A stretch of 64,000 nt of DNA from Patescibacteria group bacterium (GCA_013815345.1 JACDGK010000003.1:18897-82896), one strand, 5' to 3'; shown: positions 1-8,956, numbered from the stretch's first letter. Numbers and translations are program-made. The notes: generated from the letters alone by a model not told the origin.

Positions 1-38
1 TACGTCCAGCTTCATCAGAAAGCGCAAGACCGACTCGT

Positions 39-482
39 TTGGTACCGAAATCAATACTGAGGTATCGCATGAAAGTATCCTACCATTGCTCCAGTCTGGC
101 GCTGAAGCGCGCCTATGCTAGTATATTTCCCATGAATCCATACATGAACATCTTCACGAATTCTTTTACGGTGGCGGGAATGAATTCGTTCCCTCCGGCC
201 GTACTCGACGCTTTCTTTATTGTCTTTGTCCTTCTTGCTCTTTGGTCCCTCGTTTGGAAAGGAATTGCACTCTGGCACTCAGCTCGTAATCATCAGAAGG
301 TCTGGTTCGTCGTACTTCTTGTCGTGCACACCGTCGGCATTCTCGATATCCTCTATATTCTTTTCTTTCGCAAGAACAAGAATTCAGTAGTGAGGACAAC
401 TACGACAACGCACACGACGACTGCTTCGACTCCGATGCCAGAGGCAACGGTCCCTTCACCACTACCGCCACCAGTTGTTTAA
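39..482 (+). CDS. Hypothetical membrane protein with a Thr/Pro-rich low-complexity C-terminus
   Basis: ORF of 147 aa. It has a hydrophobic segment (FFIVFVLLALWSLVW..) followed by a TTTTTHTTTASTPMP..PLPPP tail. No family was recognised. Confidence 0.35.
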   Translation: MVPKSILRYRMKVSYHCSSLALKRAYASIFPMNPYMNIFTNSFTVAGMNSFPPAVLDAFFIVFVLLALWSLVWKGIALWHSARNHQKVWFVVLLVVHTVGILDILYILFFRKNKNSVVRTTTTTHTTTASTPMPEATVPSPLPPPVV

Positions 483-490
483 AGAGTTAC

Positions 491-578
491 GGAGGAGTCG
501 CATAGTGGTTTAGTGCACCGGTCTTGAAAACCGGAGTGTCGCAAGGCACCGCGAGTTCGAATCTCGCCTCCTCCGCCA
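491..578 (+). tRNA. tRNA-Ser (anticodon TGA), class II with long variable arm, CCA encoded
   Basis: A manual fold gives acceptor GGAGGAG/CTCCTCC. The anticodon stem is CCGGT/ACCGG with loop CTTGAAA, giving anticodon TGA. The variable arm is long, the T-arm is GCGAGTTCGAATCTCGC, and the 3' end is GCCA. Confidence 0.85.
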
Positions 579-654
579 TATTGAGCGCTAGTGTTTAGCG
601 TCCGTTGCGTTTGGATCTAGGAAAGCTGATATAATTTAGGGATAATTCTCACAT

Positions 655-981
655 ATGAAATCACCAGAAAAATGGGGTTCGAAATCTCCTTCGGGGCATG
701 ACATTGACCTGGGTCAGTGGAGTGAGCAAATTGAAAAAGGCACTAAATACGGTCGCATTCCTGTAGCTGAAGCGTATCAAGTATTGAAAGGCTTTAAGGA
801 ACAACATCTTTCTAATGTTGAGCCATTATCATCACCATCTGCTGATTTAGAGGAGAAAGTCTTGGATCTGATGGATGTTATAAAAGAAGGAGTTAAGGCT
901 GGTGCAATACCAGCAGATGAAGCAGTACGCGTCTTTGAAGAATTAAATCAAAAGTATCCAGTCGAGGAAGAGAACGCCTAG
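655..981 (+). CDS. Hypothetical small acidic protein
   Basis: ORF of 108 aa with no recognisable motif. A GGG-rich stretch precedes the ATG. Confidence 0.35.
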   Translation: MKSPEKWGSKSPSGHDIDLGQWSEQIEKGTKYGRIPVAEAYQVLKGFKEQHLSNVEPLSSPSADLEEKVLDLMDVIKEGVKAGAIPADEAVRVFEELNQKYPVEEENA

Positions 982-1126
982 TGAAATGTGCGCGTCCGAC
1001 CCTCATAGTTTTACCAATTCGCAAATTCGCCGTGAGGCGCAACGAGAGCTTGGTATCGTGAGGTTCTAGTCCGACCCCGCCCGCCTTCAGGTGAGTCAAA
1101 GACCGTAAACAGGATACAATTCGCAC

Positions 1127-1639
1127 ATGACGTTATGGTTTCTCATTATAATTTCCTTGATAGTGCAGGAAGGTCTCTCAGTAACGGTGCTCCTGCTTAA
1201 GGCATACCAGCTGCACTATCCGCTTTTCGCGATACACGCCGTGTGGTTGGTGGTGACGGTATTTCAAATATATACGGGATTTTATCTTGGGAAGTGGATT
1301 CAGAAGAGATTTACCGATTCGAAATTTGAAAGATGGATGAAGAAGGCAGCGCACAAGCTCGAGGGAATTATCGGTGAGCGGGGAGAAGAATTCGCACTTA
1401 TCTTCATGTCAGCGCTCGTATCACCCGCCCTCGCGGCGCTCGGCGCCTCATGGCTCGAGATTTCATTTACAAAAGTGCTTATCTTTGGGCTGCTTGGTGA
1501 TCTGCTTTGGTATATCTCTACGTGGATAACGGTAATCGGAGCTGCGCACCTTCTTTCAGACGTGAAAGGGGACGCGGCGATTGTTATCGGTGCGCTCCTC
1601 GTGCTCTATTTCGTGTTTAAATTTGCGCGAAAGAAGTGA
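1127..1639 (+). CDS. Hypothetical integral membrane protein
   Basis: ORF of 170 aa with several hydrophobic helices. No family was assigned. Confidence 0.45.
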   Translation: MTLWFLIIISLIVQEGLSVTVLLLKAYQLHYPLFAIHAVWLVVTVFQIYTGFYLGKWIQKRFTDSKFERWMKKAAHKLEGIIGERGEEFALIFMSALVSPALAALGASWLEISFTKVLIFGLLGDLLWYISTWITVIGAAHLLSDVKGDAAIVIGALLVLYFVFKFARKK

Positions 1640-1662
1640 TTGCGGTGCTATGATATCTCTAT

Positions 1663-2136
1663 ATGCCCCGACCGCCGATCTTTGAATGGCATGGGAAGGA
1701 ATACACTTCTGAGGAAAAAGGTGCCGATTGGTACTGGGCGCTCGGTATTATTGCCGTCGCGCTTATTATTGTCTGCGTACTTTTCAATAATCTTCTCCTC
1801 GCACTCGTGGTTGCCGCAGCTGCTATAGCTATTGCGCTCCAGGCCGCGAAGCGGCCGCGTATTCATAGGTTTGCGATCATGGAAAACGGTATCATTATCG
1901 ACACTCGTCTCTATCCTTATGAAAACATGCTTCACTTTTCAGTGTTCGAATACATCGATGAAACAATTCCACCCGCGCTTTCAATAAAAACAAATCATGT
2001 TCTCTCATCCCATTTATTAATTCCAATTATTGGGTACGATCCGATTGAGGTGTATGACTATATTTCTTTTCATCTTCCAGAGGGGAAGCATGATGAGTCG
2101 CCGATCGATCGTCTTATTGAACTATTGCAGTTCTAA
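1663..2136 (+). CDS. Hypothetical membrane protein
   Basis: ORF of 157 aa. It has an N-terminal double TM segment (WALGIIAVALIIVCVLF..LALVVAAAAIAIAL). Confidence 0.4.
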   Translation: MPRPPIFEWHGKEYTSEEKGADWYWALGIIAVALIIVCVLFNNLLLALVVAAAAIAIALQAAKRPRIHRFAIMENGIIIDTRLYPYENMLHFSVFEYIDETIPPALSIKTNHVLSSHLLIPIIGYDPIEVYDYISFHLPEGKHDESPIDRLIELLQF

Positions 2137-2178
2137 TGTCCTTGCGAAGGTATTGCAAGAGCGATAGAGTCAATCCAC

Positions 2179-2250
2179 GCTCCCGTCGTTCAATGGATAG
2201 GACGCTAGCTTGCGGAGCTGGTAATGTAGGTTCGATTCCTACCGGGAGCA
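2179..2250 (+). tRNA. tRNA-Arg (anticodon GCG by manual fold)
   Basis: Acceptor GCTCCCG/CGGGAGC. The D-stem is GTTC/GGAC. The anticodon stem is CTAGC/GCTGG (one G-U) with loop TTGCGGA, giving anticodon GCG. The T-arm is GTAGGTTCGATTCCTAC and the discriminator is A. No CCA is encoded. Confidence 0.7.
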
Positions 2251-2286
2251 CAATTCATAACTTGGTCGGAAAATTGTTCCGCGCGC

Positions 2287-2802
2287 TTGCGCGCGGAGCA
2301 TTGGATATCGAAACTTCGGCGTAAGGTATTGAATTGGCCCGAACACCAGAAGTGGATTACGGTGGGTGTAGAAGACCTACTTGACAAGCGGACCTATTTT
2401 AGCTTGCGTTCCGTCTGGTTACTTTATCGCGTAGATAGTAAATTTGCGGAGGATATAAATATAATCGCAGACAAATTCGTATTGAAGCGCGGATGGAATA
2501 CGACGGGCAAGCTAGCCATGGAAATGTCGATCGCCTACCTTATCGAAGAAGTTGCGCTAAACCTGCGCATTCGCGTCGGAGACGCTATCGATGATGAATA
2601 TTACCTTGGAGAAACCTTGAACGTTCTCCCTAGGCTTTATCGCGGCGAGTACATCAAAACACCCGCTGAGTTAATTGGCCGGCGCGCTAAATCGGTGCCC
2701 GAGTATCGGTTTTTCGAGTGGGGCGAGAAGGGTTGGGCCGAATGGGTGGACCGGCCCGTCACGCGATCCGCGAAGTTTCGGCTCATCGACGGTGGCGCTT
2801 AG
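2287..2802 (+). CDS. Hypothetical protein in the GC-elevated islet between tRNA-Arg and tRNA-Val
   Basis: ORF of 171 aa. GC rises toward its 3' end. No family was recognised. Confidence 0.35.
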   Translation: MRAEHWISKLRRKVLNWPEHQKWITVGVEDLLDKRTYFSLRSVWLLYRVDSKFAEDINIIADKFVLKRGWNTTGKLAMEMSIAYLIEEVALNLRIRVGDAIDDEYYLGETLNVLPRLYRGEYIKTPAELIGRRAKSVPEYRFFEWGEKGWAEWVDRPVTRSAKFRLIDGGA

Positions 2803-2952
2803 GGTGGCGCGGGGGGATTCAGCCCGACCCGTCCCAACAGACTACCCTCATGTTCGCATGTCCAACAACGAACCCGCATGCAGTGGGTCGGGGGTCGCGG
2901 AATGAAACTCCTCCTACGACGGAACCAGCGCGCAGCCGTCCTCGGCAGCAAG

Positions 2953-3468
2953 ATGGTGTTCACCCTTGAGGTGCGAGCGGACCTCACGGCGGACGAGAAG
3001 GCGAGCATCGCCCGGTACAAGCTCGGCGACACGGTTCTCTATGAGAAGAAGACGATGACGGACCGTGGGAGCGGGCTCATCGGCCTGGCTTCCCGCGCCG
3101 CGTTTCGCGCCATGAACATCAGCGTGAGCGTGAACGATCTTGCCGGGGGAAAGAAGGTCGAGTGCAAGGATATCGTCGAAATGATCGCGGTGATCGACCA
3201 GATCAAGGAAGCCGCCGAGCTTTTCAAAAAGCTCGAACTTGGAAATACAGCCTACCTTCGGTTCGAATTGCCATCTGTCGATGAAAAACGCGAAGCGCTC
3301 AAATTGATACTGTCGAACTTGGTTGCGGATGGAAAAGAGCTAGCGTTTAGGCTGCAATTCCCCTTCGACGAGATCGCAAAAGAGCGAATTTCTGCCTACG
3401 GTGGGCGATGGAGGGCTCGAACCCCCGACCTTCGCAGTGTAAATGCGCTGCTCTACCAACTGAGCTAA
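2953..3468 (+). CDS. Hypothetical protein with a GC3-rich 5' half; its 3' end overlaps tRNA-Val on the opposite strand
   Basis: The tracked ORF is 2878..3468. The internal Met at 2953 (MVFTLEVRADL..) is the likelier start. The 5' half uses strongly GC3 codons, unlike neighbouring genes. The last ~65 nt run through the tRNA-Val gene on the opposite strand, so the true C-terminus is uncertain. Confidence 0.3.
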   Translation: MVFTLEVRADLTADEKASIARYKLGDTVLYEKKTMTDRGSGLIGLASRAAFRAMNISVSVNDLAGGKKVECKDIVEMIAVIDQIKEAAELFKKLELGNTAYLRFELPSVDEKREALKLILSNLVADGKELAFRLQFPFDEIAKERISAYGGRWRARTPDLRSVNALLYQLS

Positions 3469-3474
3469 TCGCCC
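3402..3474 (-). tRNA. tRNA-Val (anticodon TAC)
   Basis: The minus-strand fold gives acceptor GGGCGAT/ATCGCCC. The D-arm is GCTCAGTTGGTAGAGC. The anticodon loop is TTTACAC (TAC) on a 4-bp stem plus a G:A pair. The T-arm is GGTCGGGGGTTCGAGCCCTCC and the discriminator is A. Confidence 0.8.
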
Positions 3475-3542
3475 GTACAAAGCACCATACCGTATTATAG
3501 TGATTTTTTAAAGTAACCCGCACAGGGTATGCTTGGTTTCTA

Positions 3543-3827
3543 ATGAATATGAGCGAACGTCTTGAAGCAATTATATCCGGAAGGGTGCAAATGGTGATGT
3601 ATCGCGACTTCGTATGCCGAAAGGCGCGAGCGTTAAAACTTACGGGAGAAGTGCAGAATTTAAAAGATGGTACGGTGCGTGTGATTGCCGAGGGTACGCG
3701 CGAGCAGCTTGAAAAGCTGCTCGCGCGGCTCTGTCATGGCTCGCTTCTCGCAAACGTCCGGAATGTGATGCCTGTATGGAAACCAGCTACAAACGAATAC
3801 TCCGCCTTTACGATTAACTATGAGTAA
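3543..3827 (+). CDS. acyP: Acylphosphatase
   Basis: 94 aa. It carries the acylphosphatase signature VQMVMYRDF (V-x-G-V-x-F-R-like) and has the typical ~90 aa length. Confidence 0.7.
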   Translation: MNMSERLEAIISGRVQMVMYRDFVCRKARALKLTGEVQNLKDGTVRVIAEGTREQLEKLLARLCHGSLLANVRNVMPVWKPATNEYSAFTINYE

Positions 3828-4512
3828 CGAAACGAACAAAACAGCAACATCGATCGGTATTATCATAGACGGCAATCGTCGATGGGCGAAAGAACATAAC
3901 CTGCCAAGCCTCGAAGGACACCGTAAGGGATATGAAAAAATCCTCGAGACAATGGAATGGGCACGAGCCGCGAGTGTGAAAGAAGTAATTATTTATGCAT
4001 TCTCGACGGAGAATTGGAATCGGAGTGAAGAAGAAGTCGGATACCTGATGAAACTTTTTGAATATGCTTTCGATACAGGGATGCAGGATCTTATTACGCA
4101 AGACGTGCGCATCAGATTTATCGGAGAACGTGCGCGGTTGCCAGAGAATATTTTGAAAAAAATGGACGAGGTGGCGGAGCAAACAAAAGAAGGTAAAAAT
4201 GGCACAGTTGCGTTCGCTCTTTCCTACGGCGGCCGTGCGGAAATCCTTTCTGCCGTTAATGCCCTACTCGTCAAAGGAAGAGAGGTAGTAACCGAAGAAG
4301 AATTCAGAGAAGTGATGTGGAGCAGTGGGTTGGCTGATCCCGACTTGATAATCCGAACCGGTGGAGAAAAACGGCTTTCGAATTTTCTGACATGGCAATC
4401 GGTATACAGCGAGCTTTTCTTTACCGATACCAAATGGCCTGCATTTACAAAAGAGGAATTTAATTCAATACTCGCCGACTTCGCATTGCGAGAAAGGCGA
4501 TTAGGAAAATAA
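3820..4512 (+). CDS. uppS: Undecaprenyl (isoprenyl) diphosphate synthase, cis-prenyltransferase
   Basis: Has the motifs DGNRRWA, FSTENWNR and RTGGEKRLSNFLTWQSVYSELFF. Length is 230 aa. Confidence 0.9.
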   Translation: MSNETNKTATSIGIIIDGNRRWAKEHNLPSLEGHRKGYEKILETMEWARAASVKEVIIYAFSTENWNRSEEEVGYLMKLFEYAFDTGMQDLITQDVRIRFIGERARLPENILKKMDEVAEQTKEGKNGTVAFALSYGGRAEILSAVNALLVKGREVVTEEEFREVMWSSGLADPDLIIRTGGEKRLSNFLTWQSVYSELFFTDTKWPAFTKEEFNSILADFALRERRLGK

Positions 4513-4546
4513 GCAGCCGATTGTTGTTTGTGCTAGGGTAAGCGCA

Positions 4547-5284
4547 ATGGAGCTCCCTATTTTATTCCAAGATGCAGATATTGTGGTAATTGATAAACCT
4601 TCGGGGGTAATGACTCATCCTGATGGCCATTCGACTGATGAAACAGCGAGCGACTGGTTTGCCGCGCACTATCCCGACTCGAGCGAGGTTGGTGAGATGC
4701 AGCGACTTCAGAATGGCTCTGAAATACGTCGTCCAGGCATAGTCCATCGACTCGACCGAGAAACTTCTGGCGTGTTGGTCTTTGCAAAGACCCCCGCCGC
4801 GCACGAATTTTTAAAAAAAGCATTTCACGATCGCGAAGTGCACAAAACCTATCTCGCGTTTGTGTACGGAGTACCGAAAGAAAGGAAAGGATATATTGAA
4901 TTTTCAATCGGTCGCTCACGAAAAGACTTTCGGCTGCGCTCCGCGCAACCGAAAGCAAAAGGCATTCTGCGCGAAGCGATTACGCGTTATGAAGTCATCA
5001 GTGACATCGGTACGCACTCGCTTCTGAAAGTGAATCCGGAAACCGGTCGCACGCATCAGATCCGCGTACATCTCAAAGCAATCCATCATCCGGTCGTATG
5101 CGACTCTTTATACGCGCCAAAACAAAAATGCGATCTCGGATTCAATCGTCTCGGTCTCCACGCGTATCAGCTCGATCTTCCGCTTCCGCCTGGTGAACGT
5201 ATGACCATCACCGCCACTCCTCCTCCTGACCTGGCTGCTGCTATAACTACGTTCCCAGGGACCGAAGTCTTTCGAGCCTTGTAG
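4547..5284 (+). CDS. RluA-family pseudouridine synthase
   Basis: Has the catalytic motif HRLDRETSGVLVFAKT and HQIRVHL, typical of the RluA/RluD family. Length is 245 aa. Confidence 0.85.
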   Translation: MELPILFQDADIVVIDKPSGVMTHPDGHSTDETASDWFAAHYPDSSEVGEMQRLQNGSEIRRPGIVHRLDRETSGVLVFAKTPAAHEFLKKAFHDREVHKTYLAFVYGVPKERKGYIEFSIGRSRKDFRLRSAQPKAKGILREAITRYEVISDIGTHSLLKVNPETGRTHQIRVHLKAIHHPVVCDSLYAPKQKCDLGFNRLGLHAYQLDLPLPPGERMTITATPPPDLAAAITTFPGTEVFRAL

Positions 5285-5350
5285 CATAAAAGACTGCATA
5301 CTAAGCCTCGTTTTGCTTTTGAATAGGCCGCATGGTACAGTTTCGCCACT

Positions 5351-5956
5351 ATGCAAAACGTTATTACTCCCATAAAAACCGAGGAGCGGACTAAGCTCGG
5401 CATCCGTCCGGGTGACACCGTGCGCGTCCACCAGAAAATCATAGAAAAAGGCAAGACCCGCATTCAGATATTCGAAGGTCTCGTGCTCGCGGTCAAGCAC
5501 GGTACTGAGGCAGGTGCGACCTTCACGGTACGCGCTACGCTTTCAGGCGTCGGTGTCGAGAAGATTTTCCCGCTCTACGCGTCATTTATCGAAAAAATTG
5601 AGATTACCCGCCGTTCGAAAGTTCGCCGCGCAAAGCTTTACTTCATCCGCGAAAAAGTCGCTCGTGAAGTACGTCGCCAGCTTCGCAATATGCGTATGGT
5701 TACTATTTCTTCTGACGATTTTGCTGCAGAAGAAGAAGTTGTAACGACTACTGAAGTCGAAGAGTCTCCTGCCGGAAGCGTTGCAGAAGGAGTCGAACCA
5801 GTAGTAGCGGTTGAAGAGGAACTTGAGACAAAAGACCCAGCTCAGCCAGGTGAACTCGTCGCGGAAGCAGAAGAATCAGCTGCAGAACCCATTTCAGTCG
5901 ATGCGAACCCCGATGTTGAAGCACCTCTCGTCGAGGAACCTCCAAAAGAAGGATAA
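5351..5956 (+). CDS. rplS: Ribosomal protein L19 with an ~85 aa acidic C-terminal extension
   Basis: The N-terminal ~115 aa match L19 ([27 protein letters not shown]...RRAKLYFIR). The C-terminus is an E/V/A-rich tail. Confidence 0.85.
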   Translation: MQNVITPIKTEERTKLGIRPGDTVRVHQKIIEKGKTRIQIFEGLVLAVKHGTEAGATFTVRATLSGVGVEKIFPLYASFIEKIEITRRSKVRRAKLYFIREKVAREVRRQLRNMRMVTISSDDFAAEEEVVTTTEVEESPAGSVAEGVEPVVAVEEELETKDPAQPGELVAEAEESAAEPISVDANPDVEAPLVEEPPKEG

Positions 5957-5977
5957 ATACTTTTAAGTAAGTGATAA

Positions 5978-6008
5978 ATTCAGGCCGATTTTAATCGGCC
6001 TTTATTTT
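5978..6008 (+). terminator. Rho-independent terminator after rplS
   Basis: Hairpin CAGGCCGATT-tta-AATCGGCCT followed by TTTATTTTTATTT. Confidence 0.6.
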
Positions 6009-6011
6009 TAT

Positions 6012-6719
6012 TTGAATTTACTTTGTCATACTGGCCGCATGGGAACTCCCGGAAGAAAACCAAGTAGAAAGGAGGAAATACAATGGTCTTCTAATATTGC
6101 ATACGCGGTAGGACTTATTGCGACGGATGGTTGTCTATCTGGAAATGGCAAAAATATTGATTTAACATCTAAGGACCGAGAACAACTTGAGAATTTCCTA
6201 ATATGTATAGAAAAAAATGTTCCAATTAGCACAAAAGCTTCGAGTTTCGCACTAAAACCAATAACACACGTTCAGTTCAGTGACGTCGTCTTGTATCGAT
6301 TTTTTCTGTCAGTTGGACTTACACCTCGCAAATCACTCACTATCGGAGCACTTAAGGTCCCGGATGAATATTTCTTCGATTTTTTACGAGGTTCTTATGA
6401 TGGAGATGGATGTTTCTATAGTTACTTTGACCCGAGATGGAAAAGCAGTTTTATGTTCTATTTAAGTTTTACTTCAGCAAGTCCCAAACATATCTTATGG
6501 CTTCGAGCGACCATTGTTCGACTTTGTTCAGTGAAGGGTCACGTAACACAAGTTGGGAAAAGAACACTCATGACAAATCTTCGGTACGCAAAGAAAGAAG
6601 CAACTATTGTACTATCACATATGTACCCTTCTTCCTCGGTACTCTGCTTAACTCGAAAGAGATTGAAAATAATTCGCGCACTCGGTATAGTTGGAATGTC
6701 GCTAGTACAAACTAGTTAA
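6012..6719 (+). CDS. Free-standing double-motif LAGLIDADG homing endonuclease
   Basis: Has two LAGLIDADG motifs, YAVGLIATDGCL and LRGSYDGDGCF. Length is 235 aa. GC is low (~37%) relative to neighbours. The real start may be at Met 6039. The stop is 2 nt before tRNA-Leu. Confidence 0.8.
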   Translation: MNLLCHTGRMGTPGRKPSRKEEIQWSSNIAYAVGLIATDGCLSGNGKNIDLTSKDREQLENFLICIEKNVPISTKASSFALKPITHVQFSDVVLYRFFLSVGLTPRKSLTIGALKVPDEYFFDFLRGSYDGDGCFYSYFDPRWKSSFMFYLSFTSASPKHILWLRATIVRLCSVKGHVTQVGKRTLMTNLRYAKKEATIVLSHMYPSSSVLCLTRKRLKIIRALGIVGMSLVQTS

Positions 6720-6720
6720 A

Positions 6721-6807
6721 GCCCGGGTGTTGAAATTGGTAGACATTAGTCCTTGAGGTGGACTAGCCCTTATGGGCGTGCAGGTTCGAGTCCTGTCCCG
6801 GGCACCA
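6721..6807 (+). tRNA. tRNA-Leu (anticodon GAG), class II, CCA encoded
   Basis: Acceptor GCCCGGG/CCCGGGC. The anticodon stem is AGTCC/GGACT with loop TTGAGGT, giving GAG. The variable arm is long, the T-arm is GCAGGTTCGAGTCCTGT, and the 3' end is ACCA. Confidence 0.85.
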
Positions 6808-6819
6808 AAAGAAAAGGAA

Positions 6820-6849
6820 CAGCACCGGCCCCTTTAGGGGTCGGTGCTG
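6820..6849 (+). terminator. Stem-loop terminator downstream of tRNA-Leu
   Basis: CAGCACCGGCCCC-ttta-GGGGTCGGTGCTG is a 13-bp stem with one G-U. The trailing U-tract is weak. Confidence 0.5.
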
Positions 6850-6883
6850 TCGTATACTAAAAGAATATTCACTAACATCGTTC

Positions 6884-7306
6884 ATGCCTATGAACTTCGC
6901 TATTAATTACTTCGCCGTGCTTGTATCTGCTATCGGATTCATGATCGTTGGAACTCTTTGGTACGGGCCTCTTTTCGGAAAGCAGTGGAGAAGCCTGATC
7001 GGCGTGACGCCTGAGAAGATGAAGAACACACCAAACGGGGCGATGGTACGCCCAATGATTTTCGTTTTCATAGTGGCACTGGTCACTTCATTTGTTATCG
7101 CGGTGCTCCTTAAGTCTCTCCTTATTACCACTCCTCTCGTCGCACTCGAGCTTGCGTTCGTCGTATGGCTTGGATTTATCGCGACAACGCTGCTCAACCG
7201 TGTTCTTTTCGAGCAAAGTTCCATGAAATTATATTTTATCAACATTTCGCAATCACTGGTCGCATTTCTGTTCTCATCACTCATACTCGTGCTTTGGCCG
7301 TGGTAG
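6884..7306 (+). CDS. Hypothetical integral membrane protein
   Basis: 140 aa with four predicted TM helices. Confidence 0.45.
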   Translation: MPMNFAINYFAVLVSAIGFMIVGTLWYGPLFGKQWRSLIGVTPEKMKNTPNGAMVRPMIFVFIVALVTSFVIAVLLKSLLITTPLVALELAFVVWLGFIATTLLNRVLFEQSSMKLYFINISQSLVAFLFSSLILVLWPW

Positions 7307-7315
7307 GAAATACGT

Positions 7316-7885
7316 ATGCTGTACACAGGCAAAGGTGATGGAGGAACCACTAAGACGTTCGGTCCTGATCAGCAGCGCATCTCAAAGGCATCAGAACTTC
7401 CAGAAGCGCTTGGTACGCTCGATGAATTGAATTCATATGTAGGACTTTGCAAAATTCGTGCAACACACGCTGAAGGCGCTTACGTGATGATCGGTAAGAA
7501 AAAATACACCACGTCGCGCATCCTGCGCGACGTACAAGAAACATTATTTATCGTACAAGCAGAAGTTGCTGGCGCTCCGAAGAAAGTAGGGAAGGCGAAG
7601 GTGACGCAGATCGAATTGATCATCAATACGATCGAAAAGATCATTCCTCCCATCGTTTCGTTCTCGATCGCGGGGGGAACTGAACTGTCAGCACTTTTGG
7701 ATATCGCACGCACGTTGTCTCGACGCGCCGAACGGCGCGTCGTCGGCATACACGAGCATGGTCTGCGCAAGCTCGGAGACAACACCCGCGCGTACCTTAA
7801 CCGTCTCTCTTCGCTTCTTTTTGCGCTCGCACGTCTTGCAAATCATACTTCGGGTATTCAGGAAGAGAATCCAACGTACCGATAG
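7316..7885 (+). CDS. ATP:cob(I)alamin adenosyltransferase, PduO/MMAB type
   Basis: The N-terminal motif YTGKGDGGTT and GTLDELNSYVG are characteristic of PduO-type adenosyltransferases. Confidence 0.8.
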   Translation: MLYTGKGDGGTTKTFGPDQQRISKASELPEALGTLDELNSYVGLCKIRATHAEGAYVMIGKKKYTTSRILRDVQETLFIVQAEVAGAPKKVGKAKVTQIELIINTIEKIIPPIVSFSIAGGTELSALLDIARTLSRRAERRVVGIHEHGLRKLGDNTRAYLNRLSSLLFALARLANHTSGIQEENPTYR

Positions 7886-8023
7886 GCTTTCAGAGCGTTC
7901 TGTAGCATGGTATAAGAATGCGACATGCGCCTCACGGCGCATGCGAACATGGCGGGAAGTGCGTGGCTGCTGATGCCGAGATACTTCCTGAGGTTTTCAG
8001 AGTAGAATGTTCGCAATAAACAT

Positions 8024-8095
8024 GGCGGCTATAGTTTAGTGGTAAAACTCGGGTTTGTGGTACCCGCATCGAGAGTCCGATTCTCTCTAGCCGCC
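8024..8095 (+). tRNA. tRNA-His (anticodon GTG) with genome-encoded G-1
   Basis: An extra 5' G pairs with the discriminator C. Acceptor GCGGCTA/TAGCCGC. The anticodon stem is CGGGT/ACCCG with loop TTGTGGT, giving GTG. The T-arm is GAGAGTCCGATTCTCTC. Confidence 0.8.
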
Positions 8096-8118
8096 CAAAG
8101 TTTAGAAAATATAACCGT

Positions 8119-8688
8119 ATGAAACGAATAATACTTGCCTCCACTTCGCCACGTAGAAAGGAGCTGCTATCAAAAACAGGTCTCAATTTTGAGACACAAG
8201 ATTCTGCGTATGAAGAGGACATGACTCTAAATCTTGAGCCCGGGGAACTTGCTAAGTATCTTTCCAAAGGTAAGGCACAAGCCGTGGCGGATAAGAATAG
8301 GGACGCTGTTGTCATTGGGGCGGATACATTCATAACGTTTGAGGAAAAGGTTTTAGGAAAGCCACACACTCCTGAGAAGGCCAGGGAAACTTTGCAGATG
8401 CTACGTGGTAAAAGTCATACAATTCTGACTGGCTTCACCATTATAGAGAATGAGAAAGTCGTTTCGAATGTTGTTGAAACAAAAGTTCATTTTAGACAAC
8501 TTACTGATAAGGAGATTGATACCTACGTCGCTAGTGGTGAGCCTCTCGATAAAGCCGGTGCCTATGCAATCCAAGGATTAGGAAGCGAACTGGTAGATAG
8601 GATTGAGGGCGACTACTCGAATGTGGTTGGGTTGCCTGTTGACGATGTCATGCGAGTTCTTGAGGAGTTTGGAGTTAGTCCATCATAG
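8119..8688 (+). CDS. maf: Maf-like nucleoside triphosphate pyrophosphatase
   Basis: N-terminal ILASTSPRRKELL, and AYAIQG near the C-terminus. Length is 189 aa. Confidence 0.85.
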   Translation: MKRIILASTSPRRKELLSKTGLNFETQDSAYEEDMTLNLEPGELAKYLSKGKAQAVADKNRDAVVIGADTFITFEEKVLGKPHTPEKARETLQMLRGKSHTILTGFTIIENEKVVSNVVETKVHFRQLTDKEIDTYVASGEPLDKAGAYAIQGLGSELVDRIEGDYSNVVGLPVDDVMRVLEEFGVSPS

Positions 8689-8834
8689 CGCCTATCATTC
8701 TCAGCTTCTCCCTGACACCAGCCATATATTCAGGGTCTGATAATATAGTTAGGTAATCTGTACCCCTCTCGCCCATTGACACTTATACTATTTATGTAGT
8801 ATAGTATTCCAACGTTCTTTGATATTCAACTTGC

Positions 8835-8888
8835 TTTTGCCATAGCAGAAAGCGGCTTATTCCTAGGCCTTTCTCTGCTATGGCAAAG
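8835..8888. repeat. Imperfect inverted repeat at the left edge of a GC-rich islet
   Basis: TTTGCCATAGCAGAAAG ... CTTTCTCTGCTATGGCAAA, two ~18 nt arms separated by 16 nt. Confidence 0.5.
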
Positions 8889-8956
8889 CACTGCTACAGC
8901 TCCTATAACCTCGGGTAGAGGGAAGCTCCCGACTATTAGTCGGTACGGAGACTGAC

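Noticed and set aside
982-1126. tRNA-like fragment (GAGGTTCTAGTCCGACCCCGCCCGCC resembles a T-arm plus acceptor 3' half; GTCCGACCC occurs twice) in the spacer before ORF 1127
   Set aside because: No complementary 5' acceptor, D-arm or anticodon arm could be folded. At most it is a degenerate tRNA remnant or att-like scar, and it is not reported as a gene.
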